Shown: positions 60,124-64,000 of the stretch, piece after piece
Position numbering within the stretch: the first letter of the stretch is position 1
How the letters are laid out: the number at the start of each line of letters is the position of its first letter
Source of the DNA: Schmidtea nova
Taxonomy: Eukaryota
Direction: 5' to 3'
Length of the DNA: 64,000 nt
NCBI GenBank assembly: GCA_044892505.1
Contig: CM097882.1
Location: forward strand, 153,202,001-153,266,000
Translations under genes and position numbers: made by a program
The notes under the pieces: generated by a model
The model's input: only the letters and a program-made list of their open reading frames with translations
The model's database searches: none
What the model was told of the DNA's origin: nothing

Positions 60124-61408
60124 CGTGGTGCGCCCAATAAGTTGTGAGACTAATATAGAAATAATAATAGTAAAATAATTGATACAGACATATTTAAACT
60201 TCAACATATATAGGTAAAAAATGTATTTTGTTTTAATAATCCATTATTGTTTAAGTATATTTTTGCGAACATTCGAAAAATTCCTCTGGAAACTATTCAA
60301 TACCGTAGCGTTATTCGCTTTCTCTTTCTGAAAGGAAAAAATAGAGCAGAGGTTCTTTCTGAACTGAAAGCTGTTTACCAGCAAGAGTGCCTTCCACAGC
60401 AACAATTTATCGTTGGTTCAATTACTTTCAGAGTGGTAGAACCTTTGTGGTGGACGAAGAAAGATCTGGAAGACCCTCAGAAAATGATGAAAAAATAACG
60501 CAAAAGCTGCAGACAATCGTGCGAAATGAGAGAAAAATAATGACGAGAGAGCTCACAACCCGTATAAATGTGAGCAAAGGCACTATGCACACTCTCTTCA
60601 CTGAAAGTGGTATTTGAAAAATATGTTCCCGTTTTGTGCTACGCTTCTTAACGGTGGAAATGTGACAACGACGCTTGGAATGCTGCTTGGAGAATCTGCA
60701 GATCAGGACCAATGTTGGAGACTTTCATTGATAATATCATCACTGTGGACGAGACACCGTTGTCCCTTTATGTCCCTGAATCTAAAAGAGAGTCTTAAGA
60801 ATGGAAACTGCCAGGAGAAAGCAACTCACTGAAAATGCGGTCCTCAACTTGCCACCGAAAGGCTCTCATGCTGACGGTGTTTTGGGACGCCAATGGTATT
60901 ATTCTGACTGACTTTGCTGAACTGGCGTGAAGATCAATAGTTCTTACTACTCCAACATCGTACAGCAAGCAAGGAAGGCACGACGCAAGAGCAGAGTGTG
61001 TGATCTCTATTTTTACACGATAATGCTCCCATCCACACCAGCAGCGTTTCCATGGCCAAAATTGAGCGTTGCAGGCTCAATTTGCTTCCCCATCCACCAT
61101 ACAGCCCCAATTTGGCTCCCTCCGATTTTTTCCTGTTTAACCATCTTAAGAAGCATCTGCGGGGCAAGGTGTTTGCCAACAAACATGATTTTAGAGTAGC
61201 CGTGGAGAGTTTTCTTGGAGAAAAGCCTCCAGAATTCTTCAAAAACGCCTTCGAAAACCTCGATATTCGCTGGGGAAATTGTGTCAGTGCAGAAGGAAAT
61301 TATTTTGAGAAATGATACCTATTTACCATGCTTGTTCTAAATACAAAGTTTTGTGTTGATATCTTAAGTCTTTCTATTTTAGTCTCACGACTTATTGGGC
61401 GCACCACG
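60124..61408 (+). mobile_element. Full-length mariner (DD34D) element with frameshifted transposase
   Basis: TA-flanked ~30-bp TIRs, 1285 bp long. The pieces YRSVIRFLFL, RSGRP, IITVDET, MLTVFWD, HDNAP and HPPYSPNLAPSDF are spread over several frames. Confidence 0.95.
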
Positions 61409-61794
61409 TATGCACAGTACTCGGCCGATATAATCACAAAAATTTGTAAAAGAATTGCTTTTATGAAGTTTTTTCTTGTATCAGATTAATTGTATGCTAA
61501 ATTAATTAATTCTTTTATTAATCGAAAACTTTTTAAATCGAAATGTTTAGAATTGAAAGGGTGACTATATCGAAAGTTTCTTTTATTGAATGTGACTAAA
61601 CGGTTTTAAAATTATTATGTTTCATAAAGCTATTGGAAAAGGAAATAAATACATTATCGCAATGTTTTAGAGTTTTAGAGTTTTGCAGAAATAATTTTTA
61701 GACAAATAGATTTTTTTTTAAATACACAATAGAAAAAAAACAATATTAGTTATAAAAGTAATTTTAATCGGTCTCATCATTTATTCTTCTAAGC

Positions 61795-62226
61795 CAGTGA
61801 TTCTCAGAGTGGGTGATACTGTTCACTTGGAGGCGTTCAACTGAAAAGATTGGCATGGAGACAGGCCAATCTCAAGCCCAACTAAGGTTGTCGCGGCAGC
61901 AAACCGACTATTTACACGTCTTTTAACTATATTCATTGTGATCTATGTAATTTGTTTTTGTTATTGTTTTTCTTAGCTTATCGTTTGACTCAACATAAAG
62001 AGAAAAAAGGACAATCTTGACGAGTGAAAAGATTAGGATGAATTCAATTATATTTTTTGGTCAGTTTAATTTTATTTCAGTTAAAAATAATCTTTTCATA
62101 CAATAATAAATAATTGTCTTACTCAGGTTATTGTTTTTAAATATTGTTTATCTTTGTCACTGTGTCATGTAATTCGTCATTTTTAATCAAGGGGACGACG
62201 GCTCCAAAGGGTATTGAGAATCGCTG
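61795..62226. mobile_element. Old hAT-like MITE
   Basis: CAGTGATTCTCA ... TGAGAATCGCTG termini; the TSD is not preserved. Confidence 0.45.
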
Positions 62227-63078
62227 ATTTAAATAATTGACATTTACCATTGTTATAAAATTAATGTAACTTTGAATATAAAAGCTATCCCGTTCATTTG
62301 ATAAGATTTTATACAAGAATGATTTGTTTTGGAAACATTTGTAATTTTTTTCTGATTTCTGCAAGGCTTCATTTTGAACAAGGTCCGTCCATTAACCTTA
62401 CCATACATCTTTTCATACTGTATTCATATTTAATTGAAATTATTTTAATAGAGTAGTTATTTGTTGCTCCAACAAATATTTCTTTTAACAAATAAATAAA
62501 TTGTAAATAATAATTCTCATATTTTTGGACAAGGGTCTAACTCGAATGTCAGTGGTCAACCATGTGCTCTTAGTAATTTTGCTGGATTGTTGTTGAACGT
62601 TTGAATTTCGGAGAAGCTGATGGAGAGTTTTTCGATTTCAGTACCTGTATTAATTACTATAAATCTAAAGAGTATACCGCAAGAAAAGCATATATTAATT
62701 CGTGGAAGGATATGTATTATAGCAGTGTTTATTTTAGAAAGAAGAAAAATCAAACGAAAAAAACGGTTCAAACTTTCGATGTAAAAATATTTAGCTTAAA
62801 GGGAAATGATGGTAGACCTAGATTAAAACCGAGAACTTTTAGTCTGAAAACTTTGGAAAAATGTAATAAATTTTGGAAAATATTTTTATTTATTTTAATA
62901 GTTTAACTCTCCCAAAAACTTGAAATATAATTGAATAAAAAATTGAAAATTCAAATTTAATCCAATTAGAAAAATATTTATTTACAAATCCAAAACTTTC
63001 AAAAAATCAAAGAAAATATTATTAAATAAATAAATTTCAATTTGGACAATTTTTGAAAAATATTGATCGTTTCAATTA

Positions 63079-63698
63079 CGTGGTGCGGTCATTAAATACC
63101 CGGAATGAAGTATAAAAGAACATGACACAAGAATAATTTATTTAACCAACATTGCTGGGTGTGTATAGGTATTTATTTTTCAATGAAGGACACACTTTTT
63201 TCCAGTGTCTTACCAGCTCCAAGAAGGCATTTTCGTAGAAAATGATGACTTGATTCTCCAGGAATTCTTGCACCACCTGTTTTAATTATTCTTTTGAAAT
63301 TAAATATCTAACTCGTACGTGTTTCTTGAGATGGAGGAACAAATAAAAATCACTCGGAGTTAGGTTTGGTATATAGGAAGGATGTAGGAGGCTGTGGAAA
63401 CCCAATTTCTGGATTTCGCTTGACGAGAATGCACTTGTGTGTATTGGGGCATTATCCTGGAGAAAATAGAGATTGCATTTGCGGGATTTTCATCTGGACT
63501 TCCTCGACATAGTAATGCATAGAATACATGATTATGACGAAATTTTGAATGTCAGTAAAAATTCGACAACATGCAGACGTTACAGTAAAACTATTTCTAT
63601 TTCAGTTACCTTTAATACTCATGGAATATATCACAAAATATCATTTAAATTGATATTTTATTAGACCTTCATTTCGGGTATTTAATGGGCGCACCACG
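63079..63698 (-). mobile_element. mariner deletion derivative of a second family
   Basis: TA|CGTGGTGCGGTCATTAAATACCCG ... CGGGTATTTAATGGGCGCACCACG|TA; minus-strand remnants LQDNA and PNLTPSD. Confidence 0.8.
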
Positions 63699-64000
63699 TA
63701 TATATTATTTTTTTTTAAATAATTCTTTTACTTAAATAAACATAATTTTTTTTACACAATTCTACCACTTTTAGCAATGTTAATGAACATGTTCCAACCA
63801 ATAAATTTAAAATAAAAATTTATCATATTTAAAATTATACTGGGTTAAAATTATTTGAATGAACTTATTTATAACTATGTTAAAATAATTATCAATTTTG
63901 CCTGTTTTAAAAAGAGACATAAAGATACCAAAATATATTCTGACGACAAATATACAACACGCAATTAAATAGCTCTCCGTTGTATTACATCTAAAGACTG

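Noticed and set aside
62601-62906. 101-aa ORF
   Set aside because: Starts at a non-ATG codon and has no recognisable domain; probably a transposon relic.

Overview
This is very AT-rich eukaryotic (animal) genomic DNA from a gapped assembly, with 7 N-gaps and many (TA)n tracts. I could not identify any host protein-coding gene with confidence; nearly everything interpretable is mobile DNA. (1) 2076-12965 is a ~10.9 kb Maverick/Polinton (adintovirus-like) endogenous virus with AGTAGT-type termini, long repeat-rich TIRs and a 6-bp target duplication (GACGTC). It carries a packaging ATPase, chromodomain integrase, penton, major capsid, adenain protease and core/lytic-type proteins. It has no recognisable protein-primed DNA polymerase. 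It does carry a TATA-binding-protein-like gene, short spliceosomal introns (integrase, protease) and a multi-exon Asn-rich gene missed by the ORF track. It is inserted into a relic of a related element. (2) 27235-35068 is a young Ty3/gypsy (CsRn1-like) LTR retrotransposon with intact gag and pol. Its 5' end is an extra LTR joined through an 18-nt tRNA-derived junction to a scrambled LTR, which contains a 33-nt copy of mature tRNA-Leu (with CCA) and a 58-nt piece of the element's own pol. (3) 54.2-57.2 kb is a related gypsy with intact gag and an in-frame RT/RNaseH/IN deletion. (4) The rest is many DNA-transposon relics and MITEs (pogo/Tigger, mariner, MULE, hAT, piggyBac), a foldback element and a family of palindromic hairpin repeats. 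All family assignments come from motif recognition by eye; no database searches were run.
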